DNA of 64,000 nucleotides from Octopus vulgaris (GCA_951406725.2 OX597825.1:60574001-60638000), one strand, 5' to 3'. Counted from the first letter of the stretch, positions 40,811 through 53,922 are shown. The notes: a model not told the origin generated them from the letters alone. Numbers and translations are program-made.

Positions 40811-41180
40811 GCTTTTCTGTCGTCAACCTGTACATAGCTGCCCCTCCATTCTTGTTGTTTTTATACTGGTGAAAGGCACGTTTCTTTCCTGCCAAGCTTA
40901 CTGTTTAGCCTATGTTTGTGTTCTCCCAGTCAACAGCCATATCATTACTGGTACTTTAAACTCTTCAGTTTCATATTTGTGTGAATAAAATCGTTTTTCT
41001 TTGGAATAGAAAAAAATCTATATTTCTTCTTTTGCTAGTGTCTCAAATTTAGGTTAAATCAGTGTTTCTCAAAGAGGAGGCATATGGGACGGTCGGACAA
41101 GTTGTTTTGAGAAAATTTGGTTTATATGTTTGAAAACTCAGCGCCGTCCATTGGACGGGGGGCGTTTTGCTCGTATATAT

Positions 41181-41236
<56 letters not shown>

Positions 41237-42134
41237 ATATATGTATGTGTATGTGTGTGTGTGTATGCAAATACACACAAACACACGCACACTATACATA
41301 CTATTTACTTCCCATTTTCACTCTGAAGCGTTAAAGCGACAATAAGCCATGCAAAATACATTTCTCGATGATGCTTTGAGTTTGGATTGAATCCGAAATA
41401 TCTTCATTGTAAAATAAACTTCTTAGCCATTGGTGGCTGAAGTCCTAAATTTGTGCATGAAACTCGAGTTGTGTTCTCTCTGTCGTTGTATGTGGTGAAG
41501 ATTTTCAACCTATTGTTGCAGCACATAGCGTTATGTAGACAACAACACAATTTACACAGAATTTATGCATCATATTTCTGCCGTGACGGCATACGTGTAA
41601 TGACACAAAAAATAAAGAAAGAACATATGAAATCACTTGTTGAGTGATTCAATGATATTCAACGATTTATATTGAAGACATTTTGGAAATATTTAGATTA
41701 AATATATAGACATGCACTATTCCGGGTAATTATAGTAATTCAGGTTAATAGAAAAGTGACTTAATCAAAGCAAATGCATTTATAAAACGGACGATTGTAT
41801 TATCTATTTCCTAAACACATGATATCCATAAATTCATAGAAGTCTGCAATTATTAGAATTATTGTCAGTCAAATTTTATCTGATATTTACAACTCGTTTG
41901 ATAAAGCCAGCAGAAATATTTTGATAGCATTTTTCAATTAGAGAATAAAATATTATATGATTATTATAATTTTTTTCAAGGTTATTTTTCCATCAAACTA
42001 TATTTATTTGTTTGAGTTTCTTTTACTGAGTTAGTAAAGAAGACATCCAGAAATTACACAGCACTTGCTCCTAGCAAACGGAGCACTCAGTGATATGAGA
42101 TCTATTTGTTTACTTCGTAAATTGAGCAGCTTGT

Positions 42135-42290
42135 ACATGGCTGTGGTAAGAATTTTGCTTTCCATCCACATGGTTCTGGGTTCAGTCTCACTGCATGACA
42201 CCTTGGGCAATTGCCCTCTACTATAGCTCCGAGCCGACCAACGCCTTGTAAGTAGATTTGGTAGTCCGAAATTGGAATACGTACATGCAT
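42135..42290 (+). mobile_element. Degraded family A SINE head
   Basis: tggctgtggtaag...ccacatggttctgggttcagtctcactgc similarity. Confidence 0.75.
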
Positions 42291-42345
42291 CTATGTATAG
42301 ATGTATGTAGTATTCATGTAAGTATGCATTATGCATGTATGTATG

Positions 42346-42396
<51 letters not shown>

Positions 42397-43065
42397 CTCT
42401 ACACATTTTGTTTTCATTCTCTATTTATTTACTCTTATTCCTTTCAACCGAAGAGCGTATGCTCGAAACGTAGAAGACTTTTCTATTTTCCCTAGCGTCA
42501 AACTAATATACTTGTTTGTTGTTCCTACACTTGTCTTCGTCTTTAGTTTTTCTATAAATTTGAACTATATGCATTTATATGTATACTCATAGACCAATAT
42601 ATATGTAAATATATTTATTATTTTTAAACAGGAATTTTTTGTTTAAAGATGATAAATATGTACTCTACAAAAGTAGAGAGTAACCCATCACATTAATGCA
42701 AATTACTTTTTATTTTAACTGAAAATAAAACCAACCATATACACGTATATGTACTGTATACATGAGAGACGTTATACTATCAAACTATTGAATTGAAGTT
42801 AGCACAGACATCATAATGGGATGTTTTATGGATTTTAATCGGTTACGTGTGTTTAAATATTAAGTTAAAATAACACTCATATCAATAAAATATATTACCT
42901 GAATATTCTGATCCATTATAATCACTGCGGCGTTGCATCAAAAAGCTTTGACTATGAATTGAAAAGGGGGAAATTATTATGTATTTTTGGTGCCATGTTT
43001 ACATAGGTATTTATATATGTGCGTGTTTGTGCTTGTGTGTATGTGTGTGTGTGTGTATGCGTATA

Positions 43066-43285
43066 TACTCTTTACTCTCTTTTACTCTTTTACTTATTTC
43101 AGTCATTTGACTGCGGCCATGCTGGAGCACCGCCTTTAGTCGAGAAAATCGACCCCGGGACTTATTCTTTGTAAGCCCAGTACTTATTCTATCGGTTTCT
43201 TTTACCGAACCGCTAAGTGACGGGGACGTAAACACACCAGCATCGGTTGTCAAGCAATGCTAGGGGGACAAACACAGACACACAA

Positions 43286-43332
<47 letters not shown>

Positions 43333-43497
43333 TACGACAGGCTTCTTTCAGTTTCCGTCTACCAAATCCACTCACAAGGCATTGGTCGGCCCGGGGCTAT
43401 AGCAGAAGACACTTGCCCAAGATGCCACGCAGTGGGACTGAACCCGGAACCATGTCGTTGGTAAACAAGCTACTTACCACACAGCCACTCCTGCGTA
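43066..43497 (-). mobile_element. Family A SINE, full length
   Basis: Near-identical reverse complement of 968-1379. Confidence 0.92.
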
Positions 43498-43879
43498 TAA
43501 TATATATAATGTATAATATATCCGAAAAGAAGCACACTCTAAAACAGAGTGCGGTAATATATTTATATGCAGTTAAGTCTATGCCCGGTCATAGTGTTCA
43601 GTGGTTTCGCATCCACTTAGGACTTAGCTCCATGGACGGTTCGACAGATCCTAAAACAGAAGGCAAATGTAACTCTTTATCTCTGAGAGGCTGGAATATG
43701 TTACGGCCAGTTGGTCAGTAAGTCACGAAAGAAGAAATAAGCTGGATCGGCGAGTACAGGTTATCTCCCTTAGACCAGTTCATCTGGGCCAAAGTAGAAG
43801 GAATAGAGAATTTTCCCTCTGAGTTGTTTTTAATTCGTAAGGACCTTCCGGGTCTAATCGGAAAACAGAATCCCATGCT

Positions 43880-44240
43880 TCCGTCAAGCAGCGCTTGAAA
43901 TGAATGCAGGAATTATAATTTTCGTAACGAATGCTCAGTGATCCAGGCTTCAAGGAGTCTTTGAGTATCCTTTCTCACTCAGCTATACAAAGCTTACAGC
44001 GTCCACTCTCGTTAATGTAGGGTCCTGGCCCCTCTAAGTTCTTACACTTGATATCATATGGGGCCCCTTCATCCTTGAAATATCATACGTGGTTGGCCAG
44101 TGATATGACGAAACGTCTTCTCCAGAATCTTGAAAGAGGACCTGTGGTTGTACACCGCCGCTTGAAGGCTGCCCCGGTTGACCCGATATATTTCCAGGCT
44201 TTGCTGTTGGTTGTGCTTACATTACTGGTACATCGTGAGT
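43880..44240 (-). pseudogene. Penelope-type GIY-YIG endonuclease remnant
   Basis: Minus-strand fragments KYIGSTGAAFKRR/YNHRSSF/SLANHV*YFKDEGAPYDIKCK...PYINESGRCKLCIAE...NSCIH match the PLE pattern YIG.T...FK.R..NH..SF...CxLC..E...C.H. Confidence 0.85.
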
Positions 44241-44693
44241 TGGCTCCAAGCCATGAGATGTTGTTGCCACCGGTGATGCTGGAGCTGCTATCGATGCTGT
44301 TATCATTTGCGAAGCGTGGATCCAGTGATATCGCTGTGGCTGTTGTCATTGTGGCGGTCATCCCTGGCGTGGTATTGGCGCTACTGTCGTCGATGTGGGT
44401 GCTGTGGTAGATAATACTGGACCTGGGGGCCCGGTGGCTTTGCTAGTGCTGCTGGTGTCGGCCTTGTCGTCATCTCCGGCCGTGGTGCTACTTACAAACG
44501 GAAGTCTATTTATAAACTAAAAGCAGCCCAAGGGAAAACTTCCCTGTTCCCTCTCTACTGGCCCAGATGATCTGATCTAAGGGAGACAACACGTACTCTC
44601 CGACCCTGGAATATGTATTCTTTGGTCTCTTACTGACCAACTAACTGCAACGAATTCGAGCAAGAGATGAAAAGTTACATTTATCTTCGGCGT

Positions 44694-44757
44694 TAGAGTC
44701 TGACGAGCCGCCCAAAGAGCTAAGCGCTTTGTGGATGTGAAACCATTGGTCACTCTA
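44694..44757 (+). ncRNA. Type I hammerhead ribozyme, canonical core
   Basis: Stem I tagagt/actcta (6 bp), core CTGACGA, stem II (caaag/ctttg etc.), GAAA, stem III acc-att-ggt, GUC cleavage triplet (cut after C44751). Confidence 0.85.
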
Positions 44758-44787
44758 TGCCCGCACGTAAACATAACTACATACATA

Positions 44788-44828
<41 letters not shown>

Positions 44829-44875
44829 CTGTGTGTGTGTATGTATATGTATATGTATATATATGTATGTATATG

Positions 44876-44912
<37 letters not shown>

Positions 44913-44916
<4 letters not shown>

Positions 44917-45439
44917 CAGCATAGCCCGGCGTTATTTGCCCGGGTGTGTAAGAGACCCTAGTAGGCAACGACTAATCCCAATCTTGTCCTTTCCCTCTAA
45001 TTTCCTGCCAATTTGTGAAAGATATTGTCGAAAATATGTCATCTTGAATTTGAACGCGATTTCCTAACTTGGCATGATTTTAGCGATTTTTTCTGATGGT
45101 AAGGTATTGCATGGAAAACTAACGTCAGAATTAAGTTTCTTGGGGTAACATTAAGCTTCACCATGAGTTGGTGAAAATCGATTGCAAGTTGCGAAAACTA
45201 CAACAGAAAATGTGTTGCATATAAAAAGCTTAGATTCTCGACCCCATGTCGAATTTATCGATTTTTTTCAGAACTGGGGGAACTTTTCAAAATTTTCGCT
45301 GCGTTAGTTTTGAATTATGACATTGGGCTATGTGTGAGTCAAGTTTCATCAGAATCGGTTGAAAGCTGTGGTCAGGGTGAGGGTACAACCTGACAGACAC
45401 ACAGACACACAGACAGACAAACTGCCGTTTATATATAGA
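44913..45439 (-). mobile_element. Non-autonomous Helitron-like element
   Basis: Minus strand starts TC-tatatataaacggcag-(gtct)n and ends with hairpin cccgg..ccggg followed by CTAT (CTRR-like); no TSD; in a TA tract. Confidence 0.75.
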
Positions 45440-45580
45440 TATATATATATATGTGTTTGGAGAGAGGAAACGTATTCTCACGCACGACAAAATATAAGGG
45501 AATTTGTTTTGAGGTTTGAAAATGCGCCCAAATCTCAAAACGTGTAGTCGTTTTAAAATTTTGTAATAGATTGTTTCAAA

Positions 45581-45619
45581 TACCAAACCAGTTTCGTCAC
45601 ATTTTGTTCATCAGTTGTA
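45581..45619 (-). ncRNA. Decayed type I hammerhead-like motif
   Basis: tacaa-CTGATGA-acaaaatgtgac-GAAA-ctgg-TT-tggta; 5' strand of stem II appears partly deleted. Confidence 0.45.
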
Positions 45620-46474
45620 CTAATAAATAAATAAAGGGTTTAGGGGAGCTTAAAGTTACAAGATAAGAATCGAAGACACATGTTTAAACAATCAAGTGTT
45701 CACTGAAATTTCACATGGATGGATAGAAATATAATTATAAATGTTCGTTGAAGATCATAATAACGTACATTATTGAATTTTTATAAAAAAAAAGGGTGGG
45801 CGGAGAAAGAAATAAAGATGAGAAGAAAGAAAAAGTTTTTTAATAAATTTTGTCGTAATGCATTTAGTTCTTTTCTAAATGCCAGTTAAAATGTCCTTCT
45901 TTTGGTCTTACTCTTCTGATGTATGTCTAAGATATTGGCTGGAAGACACTATATGCAGGAAGGTAGAAAAGAAAGAAGGAAGCAGAAACTTGTTCCTACT
46001 TGATAGGAAGCTGACAGTCACCGTATCTAGAAGACAGATGCAGAGAGATCCAGAAAATATAACCCAGACATATCTGCGAAAAATATGTTATCGTTCTGAT
46101 TGAACAGCGGTCGTAATAAGTTTCGGGTGCTATGAATTTAGGCTTATATAACTTTAAAAGTTTTAGAGGAGAAAGTCCATACACATCTCATAGACTGATA
46201 CAGAAAATATATTAGAAGTTAGATCGGAGAATATTTAAATACCTCTGGGACAGTTCACTTTATCGACGGTTGCTAAACGGCATGTACTCGTCTAGGTATA
46301 GTATTCATGATAGTTGTTGATGTGTAGCTATAAATGTGCGAACAAGTGATACAGGAATATAGCCAAATAATAACCGTCTGGGAGAGATAGTTGAAAAGCA
46401 TCAGCGTGGTCTACAGAGACATTCTCAAGTGGAATAGTGGAATAATTAAATAAAAGCAACAATATATACATGCA

Positions 46475-46538
<64 letters not shown>

Positions 46539-46539
<1 letters not shown>

Positions 46540-46668
46540 TAGGGTGTCCCCAAAAATGTATACACACCTTAAATAATTGTAAATTTGTTATTCGTTTTAA
46601 GCCTAGTACTTATTCTATCGTTCTCTTTTGCCGAACCACTATGTGTATACATTTTTTGGGACACCCTG
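46539..46668. mobile_element. Tc1/mariner-type MITE (~27-bp TIR, TA target)
   Basis: agggtgtccccaaaaatgtatacaca / tgtgtatacattttttgggacaccctg, embedded in (TA)n. Confidence 0.85.
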
Positions 46669-47128
46669 TATATATATATATATATATATACATACATACA
46701 TATATATGTGTGTATATACAATATATACATACACGCATATATATACATACATGTGTGTGTGTATTTGTATATGTATATGCGCATGTATAATTGTGCATGT
46801 ATATATTAACATACACACACGCACGCGCGCACGCACGGACACCCATATGACTTTCATCGACACTGGTCGACATACATCATATACATATAGATTTCTGTAT
46901 CTATTTATATGTGAGTGCGAATATGTGTAGGGCTTACAAGACGTTTTGAAAACAAGAAATAGTAAAGCATCAACAATCAGTACTGATGTAAGTTTAAATA
47001 TCTCCACATAAAATAATATAAGGATTACGAAATTTAGCCAGATTAGCCAATAACCGCTACGGAGATAGAATTGCAGTCAACTGATAGCTGTGAAGCTTTG
47101 AAATCATACAAACATACAGAAATGCGCG

Positions 47129-47170
<42 letters not shown>

Positions 47171-47349
47171 AAATTAGAAAATGGAGAAACATACTTAAAT
47201 CAATAAAACATCAACTATCAGATGATACCCAAACATTACTTTATTACACCATTACATATCAGTAAAGGCATTATACAAAATATACAGTAGATGTAAATAG
47301 ACAGAGATATAAGTATAAAATTTCAAATATAATATGTAATTAAATCACA

Positions 47350-47459
47350 TCTGACAGCTGTTTCGGCAGCGAGGGCAGTCATACCTCATTTAACCTATAA
47401 GCCATAAAGGCAGGTATAAATGAGGCATTAACAAGGATGCCCCACGGCCTCTTCAGAGA
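47350..47459 (-). ncRNA. Type I hammerhead ribozyme with long stem II
   Basis: Minus strand tct-CTGAAGA-ggccgtggggca...tgccctcgctgcc-GAAA-cagctg-TC-aga; palindromic ACAGCTGT stem III, GUC site. Confidence 0.8.
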
Positions 47460-47795
47460 ATTAAATTTGTTATAATTGTGAAAAAAATTATTTTTCCATA
47501 TACATATAAATATAAAAATATAAAAATGTAAAATATAAAAACTTATGCATAAACTTCATAATGCTACACTTATATGATATAATACTCATTGGTACAATAA
47601 TGCAAGGTAAACAAAACAAAATAAAACAAAATATATATCAGTGTATATATTAATATTAATAAGCACAGTTATTATACATATTTGGCTAATAGTTTTAAAA
47701 AACTAACACATAGGGAGATGAAAAATAATAATTAAAACCATGGTTCAGTTCATAAAATTATAAAGCTATAAAAGTCAATAAAAATTACTATTAAT

Positions 47796-47832
<37 letters not shown>

Positions 47833-48000
47833 GATACAGTTATGTTTGCACCAAGTCCATCCTTTCAAGATCGAAATAACTATGAGTTTAGAAATTCTGA
47901 CCACTAGGTAATGATTATATAGATTAATACGATTGGCTAGTAGTTTGAAATTTAAATCACAAGAGAAATTTTCCGATTCTTTTCTTGATATATATATGTA

Positions 48001-48329
48001 TATATCAAGAAAAGAATCGGTATATTCAGGAGTCTTTTAAAAGTATTTATTAACTCAACTGGTTTCACTTTGAAAGATTTTCAAAATTAAAGTATGAGGA
48101 TTTGTGTATCCTCTGTAATGAGTAAAAAAATAATTTTGACTCATCAGAGAAGATACACCATATCTTGAGCTTTATCAAAAACTCTATCATTTGATTTGGT
48201 TACATTTATGTAAAGTAATTTTTGATATAAAATGCCTCACACTTTACTTCTGAAAATTCTTTTCAAATAAATGAAACCAGTTAAATTAATAAATACTTTT
48301 AAGAGACTCCTGCATTTTCAGATTCTTTT

Positions 48330-48340
<11 letters not shown>
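48001..48340. mobile_element. Foldback element between TA tracts
   Basis: Arms ~48001-48105 and ~48228-48340 are reverse complements; internal hairpin ctctgtaatgagt/actcatcagag. Confidence 0.75.
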
Positions 48341-48377
<37 letters not shown>

Positions 48378-49015
48378 GTGTGTGTGCACGCGTATGTGTG
48401 TGCACGCGTATGTGTGTACAAGAGTGTATATACGCACTCATTTTTAGCGTTACCACTTACTTATACGCAAACTTGTTTGTATTTATCCTTTTACGTCATA
48501 TCTTGAAAGGTCGTTTATGCCCCTGCAATGCTTTTGGATTTTTTTGCCATCATAGTCTATGTTTATGCTTCTGTTCTATTATGGTTCATATTTTACGTCA
48601 TAACTCCAAAGGCTGAAGCCATTGGAAATGCTCTTTAAAATATGTCCAAATCGCAGTTATAACTTGTCTGTTGTTGCTCCAGGAACTATGCATGTTGTCA
48701 TCCTTTGATTGTTATATTACATTTTTCTTTACTTTTGCCTTACCTTGCTCACCTTTCTCTCCCTCTCTCTTTCTCTCCACCCCATACACTCACACACACA
48801 TATACACACATATGGGCGAATGCATATAGACATGAAATATTAATCAAAACAATTTTCTTGAACGTTCTTTTCAAGAAGCTTAAATTATTAGAGAATATTA
48901 TATATATATATATATGACATCAAATCGTTTGTTATCGAACAGTAAATGTTCCAGTGTGCGTGTGTATATATGTGAACACAACAGGAACACATATGTATAT
49001 CTAAATACATACATA

Positions 49016-49061
<46 letters not shown>

Positions 49062-49626
49062 GTATATGCCTTTATATATGCATGTATATGATGTGTGTAC
49101 CTTTTTCATAGAAAAACCATACTTCGTTCGCTGAAGACCGTCAAAATCTTAATTAATCGAAGTGCAAATGTTAAGCGATACTCAAGTCTTTCATCCTCTT
49201 TCTTTGTACCTTTGTTGCTATATAGGTCTTCAGATCAGCCAGCTATGAACATTGAAATGGTGGATGACAAATCCCTAGCAGGTATTTTCTAGACTAAAAT
49301 AAAATAAAGAAATGCAAAAGAAAAAAAAAGGAAGGGACATTAAAGAAGCAACATTTTGATGGCCTTCTTTGAACGTAATTAGATTAAACGAAGAACAAAT
49401 CTGAGAAAGAACCAGGTGTGTTGAAATTCTGTTTTATAATTAAATGCAAAGATTAATTTTTTTATGTTGTAGTATTTCTAATTTATTTGTTCCCTGTATT
49501 CTAGGATTACTACGAAATTGGTCTTCATCGATGTCTCTTTAAAATACAATAGCAATGAAACCAGTTTCTTTTGCAGTAGCTGCAGTCTTTTTAAAATTTT
49601 TATTCTCATTTTGCTTTTATTCTTCT

Positions 49627-49871
49627 TATTTCTTTACTACCCACAAGGGGCTAAACATAGAGAGGACAAACAAGGACAGACAAACGGATTAATTCGATTA
49701 CATCGACCCCAGTGCGTAACTGGTACTTAATTTATCGTCCCCGAAAGGATGAAAGGCAAAGTCGACCTCGGCGGAATTTGAACTCAGAACGAAATACCGC
49801 TTAGCATTTCGCAGACGAAATACCGCTTAGCATTTCGCCCGGCGTGCTAACGTTTCTGCCAGCTCGCCGCC
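49627..49871 (-). mobile_element. SINE family B, full length, Tx1-like tail
   Basis: 16-bp TSD ttgcttttattcttct at 49611-49626 and 49872-49887; internal 24-bp duplication acgaaataccgcttagcatttcgc. Confidence 0.92.
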
Positions 49872-49989
49872 TTGCTTTTATTCTTCTACTACGCTGGCAG
49901 AAGTGTTGGTGCATCGAAGAGATGCCTTGGCAAGTCTATTTCAGTTCATTGTTCACATTTCACGGAAGTAAATTTTATTACCTTTGGTA

Positions 49990-50350
49990 CACATTATTAA
50001 TCAAATCACAGAGAGATAAAATGCAAAAATGTCTTCGGTGGTATTTGAACTCAGACAGAAAAAAGTCGGAAAAAATTCCACTAAGCAATTTATCGACGTG
50101 TTAACGATTCTACCAGCTCACCACCTGACATAAAGTTTAAGAATGGTTTCAAATTTTGGCAGACGTCCAATAATAAGGAAGGGATAAGTCGATTATAACG
50201 ACTCCTATATTCAACTGGTACTTATTTTATCGACAACGAAAGGATGAACGGCAAGTCAATGCTGGCGGCATTTGAACTCAGAATGTAAAGACGGACAATA
50301 TACTACTAAGCATGTTGACCGGCGTGTTAACGATTCTTCCAGCTTGCAGC
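49990..50350 (-). mobile_element. Two degraded family B SINEs (the 50143-50350 copy has the older tail gccaaaatttgaaacca)
   Basis: Diverged homology to family B head and body. Confidence 0.7.
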
Positions 50351-51209
50351 ATCTTATTAGGAATTAATATTTTTCTACTATTCTATTATGAATTATTGTT
50401 TCCTTTATTTAATATGTTTTAGTTGATTTGTTTACAAGGAAACTAGAAACCCATTTCTCTTCCGCGACCTGTGAAATATTGTGGTTTTCGTCCAATTTAT
50501 GAAGACATATATGTGCTGGGTTTTCTCTACTTAGCCGACAATGTTCTGTGATACTTTATATCATATTACACACTGTTTAAATGTAACAGAAGTGACCGAT
50601 TTAGTAAAGGGTGGACATGAGAAATCTCGTGCAGCCAGGTCATTTATCAGAAAGGAAGTCAAATTTTTGATTGCTGCAGAATTGATAACGACAGGAATTA
50701 GTTGTAACACTGTAGACAATAAATTATAGTTACCCAGTAAAGAGATGTTGCGTGATTTTCTGAAAATTAATTAAGGTTTGATTCACAAACATACTCTCTC
50801 TCCAGCACACACACAGAGACACAAATGACACAGATGCATACACATTCACACACGTATATGCATAAACACATACATATTTGCATGTATAAGTATATTTCTT
50901 TATATGCTTGTATATCATATATCTTTGTGTGTGTGTGTGTGCATACGCCAGAGGGGGTTAGCGAGAGAAACAGATAAACACAAACAGGCAGATGCTTACA
51001 AATATATATATATATATATATGCACACATTCAGAGACATATATGTTACAACTAGACCCACGAGAACTTCATAACTCTCAACATAGTGCGTCAAATCTAGG
51101 CATTTATTCACTAAGTATGCCTGCTCTATAGATAAACTGCAATTAGTTGTTTCTATGCCAATGTCTGTCTGACATAAATAAAAAGTAATACATACACATT
51201 TACAGACAC

Positions 51210-51493
51210 ACATATATATATATATACATATATATACATATACATATATATATATATCCATATATATATACATATATACAGATACATATATATATATAGA
51301 TATATACATACATATATATACATATATATATATAAATAAACATATATATATACATGCATACATACATATATACATATATATATATGTATATATATATACA
51401 TATATATACATATATATATATATATACATACATATATATATATATACATACATATATATATATATATATATACATACATATATATATACATAC

Positions 51494-51572
<79 letters not shown>

Positions 51573-51620
51573 TAGATAGATATATATACATATATATACA
51601 TATACATATATATATATATT
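51210..51620. repeat. Long compound (TA)n/(TACA)n microsatellite
   Basis: Direct repeat. Confidence 0.95.
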
Positions 51621-53220
51621 ATGTGTGTGTGCTCACACACGTGAGTGTCTGCGTATGTGAGTGTGTATGTGTCGGTATCTCTTAGTGCGTATACGTTTAT
51701 GTATACGTGTGTGCATATCTCTCTATGCTTCTAAGTACGAAAACAGTGGAAATTATTATCTGGAAATAATCTCTAGGCTGAATTTTTATTTTCTATTTCA
51801 ATTCTAAAGTTAAACTAACTGTAAAGTCGTAATTGTATATGTGGCAATTATTAGTGGTTAATTTCACACCGAAGTGTTTGCTGGTCATTGTGAATTAAAG
51901 ATCACGCCTCCTTCGGCAATTATTTAACTACGCGCAGTGGTGCCATTATTAGTACTGTCCAATGTTTTGTTACATTTTTTAAAATTTATATATATATTAC
52001 ATTGTATTTCAGGACTGGTCTAAAGCGAAGGAGGTGGGAGACGTAATGAATTATAGATTGTCTGGCTTTAGACGTCCGTAATTGCTGAATCAATACGAAT
52101 CATTCCAGATAACGTCATTGTGTAGACGAAAAATCATTTCGGAAAGAACTTAAATGCAGATTATCAGCTACTGGGAATAACTCTAAAATATTTAGAACAA
52201 AACAGAAGCATTGCTATAGAAATAGAGAGATATTTAAGATGTATGGACAAGCATCAAGTTTTACTTATATGGCATGTTCTAGGCAAGATTTTGTTGTAAG
52301 TAAAATATCGATTCCTGCTGGAAGGTAATTCTGATTAGATACAACACTTTTCACCTTTAAAGATGCATTACGCAAAAATAGATTAACTGCAACATAATTA
52401 AATAGATAAGCTAACAGATATTTCAAGATATCTTGCCTATTGACAAGTATATCGATATATATTTAAGGTCAATATATATTAAAGGTTTTGTATGCCTTCT
52501 AATACAGAATCGTTTCTGCTATCAGTTTTACCTGGTACTATAAATGAAGCTCTACTATTTTGTATATGCCACAGACAGGCAACAACAAATCTTAACAAAA
52601 AAGGATTCACTGAACATTTATTCTTAATCGAAAAAAACTCTCATACATTATATGAGAAGATTGAATATACATATACATGTGCCTAATAACAGAAATCAGG
52701 ACGTTGGTGTTGCCTTGGCTGAGGTTTGCGCTCTTTGAGTGCTCTTGTTTAAAATTATTTCACTTATGCTTTCGGCGGATTCAATCTTATAGAAGAGTTA
52801 ACTCTTTATCCTTTGGAACTAGTTATTTATTCATATCAATAGGTTTCTATATGTGTTCTCATGTATGTCTACATATTGAGATGTGCGCACACACACACAC
52901 ATGTGTGTGTGTATATGTATGTATATAGATGCGTAAGTATGCGTACATTTATAAATACGATAAATATGCATGTAGGTTTGCCTTTATATTGTTTTATGTT
53001 TGTATTTCTTCATATATGAAATCAGAACTGTGTATGTGTGTATGTATATGTATTTGTCTACATCCACCTTATATATATATATATTAATATACACATATCG
53101 GTCAATATGAATTTGTTAAATATATATATGCCTGTGTTTTGTTTTGTGTGTGTCTTTTTTGTTATATTTCATATAGTATCTATCTATATGTGTGTTTGTA
53201 TATGTATGTATGTATGTATG

Positions 53221-53280
<60 letters not shown>

Positions 53281-53846
53281 CATACATACATACATACATA
53301 CAAACAAACACACATATAGATAGATACTATATGAAATATAACAAAAAAGTCATATATATATATATATATATGGCGGTGCCCCAGCATGGCCACAGCTCGT
53401 GAACTGAAACTAGATAAAATATAAAAAAATAAAATATATAAAATACATGCATATATGGGATGTCAGTTTGCACTCTGTATTTTTATAATTCTTGCACATG
53501 TTTTTTTTTTGTTTTCTAATCCTGAAGTTCATTGTGTTGGAAATTATATTTGAGGTGTGGCTGGAACGTGTGACTAATGAGTATTTACGGTCCATTTGCT
53601 TCCTCTTCACCTCGTATAACAGTTCACTCTTGTTGAATACTAGTTCTTAATTTTATTTGAACTGCCGTTTCAACTATGACCGCTGTGGAATTTTATGTCT
53701 CCTGTTAATTCTGCCCCACATAATTACTATGGTTTAACTTTAATTTATATTATATACTTGTACTGTATTTATATATTTACTCTATTAGTTTTGTAGTTTA
53801 TTCATTTTACTTCTCAGATCTCTGTGTTATATATACATATACATAT

Positions 53847-53922
<76 letters not shown>

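Larger units (their letters stand above)
43562..44785 (-). mobile_element. 5'-truncated Penelope-like element with inverted pLTRs
   Basis: Arms ~43562-43850 and ~44499-44785 are diverged reverse complements, each with a hammerhead motif; a GIY-YIG remnant lies between; right end abuts (TA)n. Confidence 0.85.
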
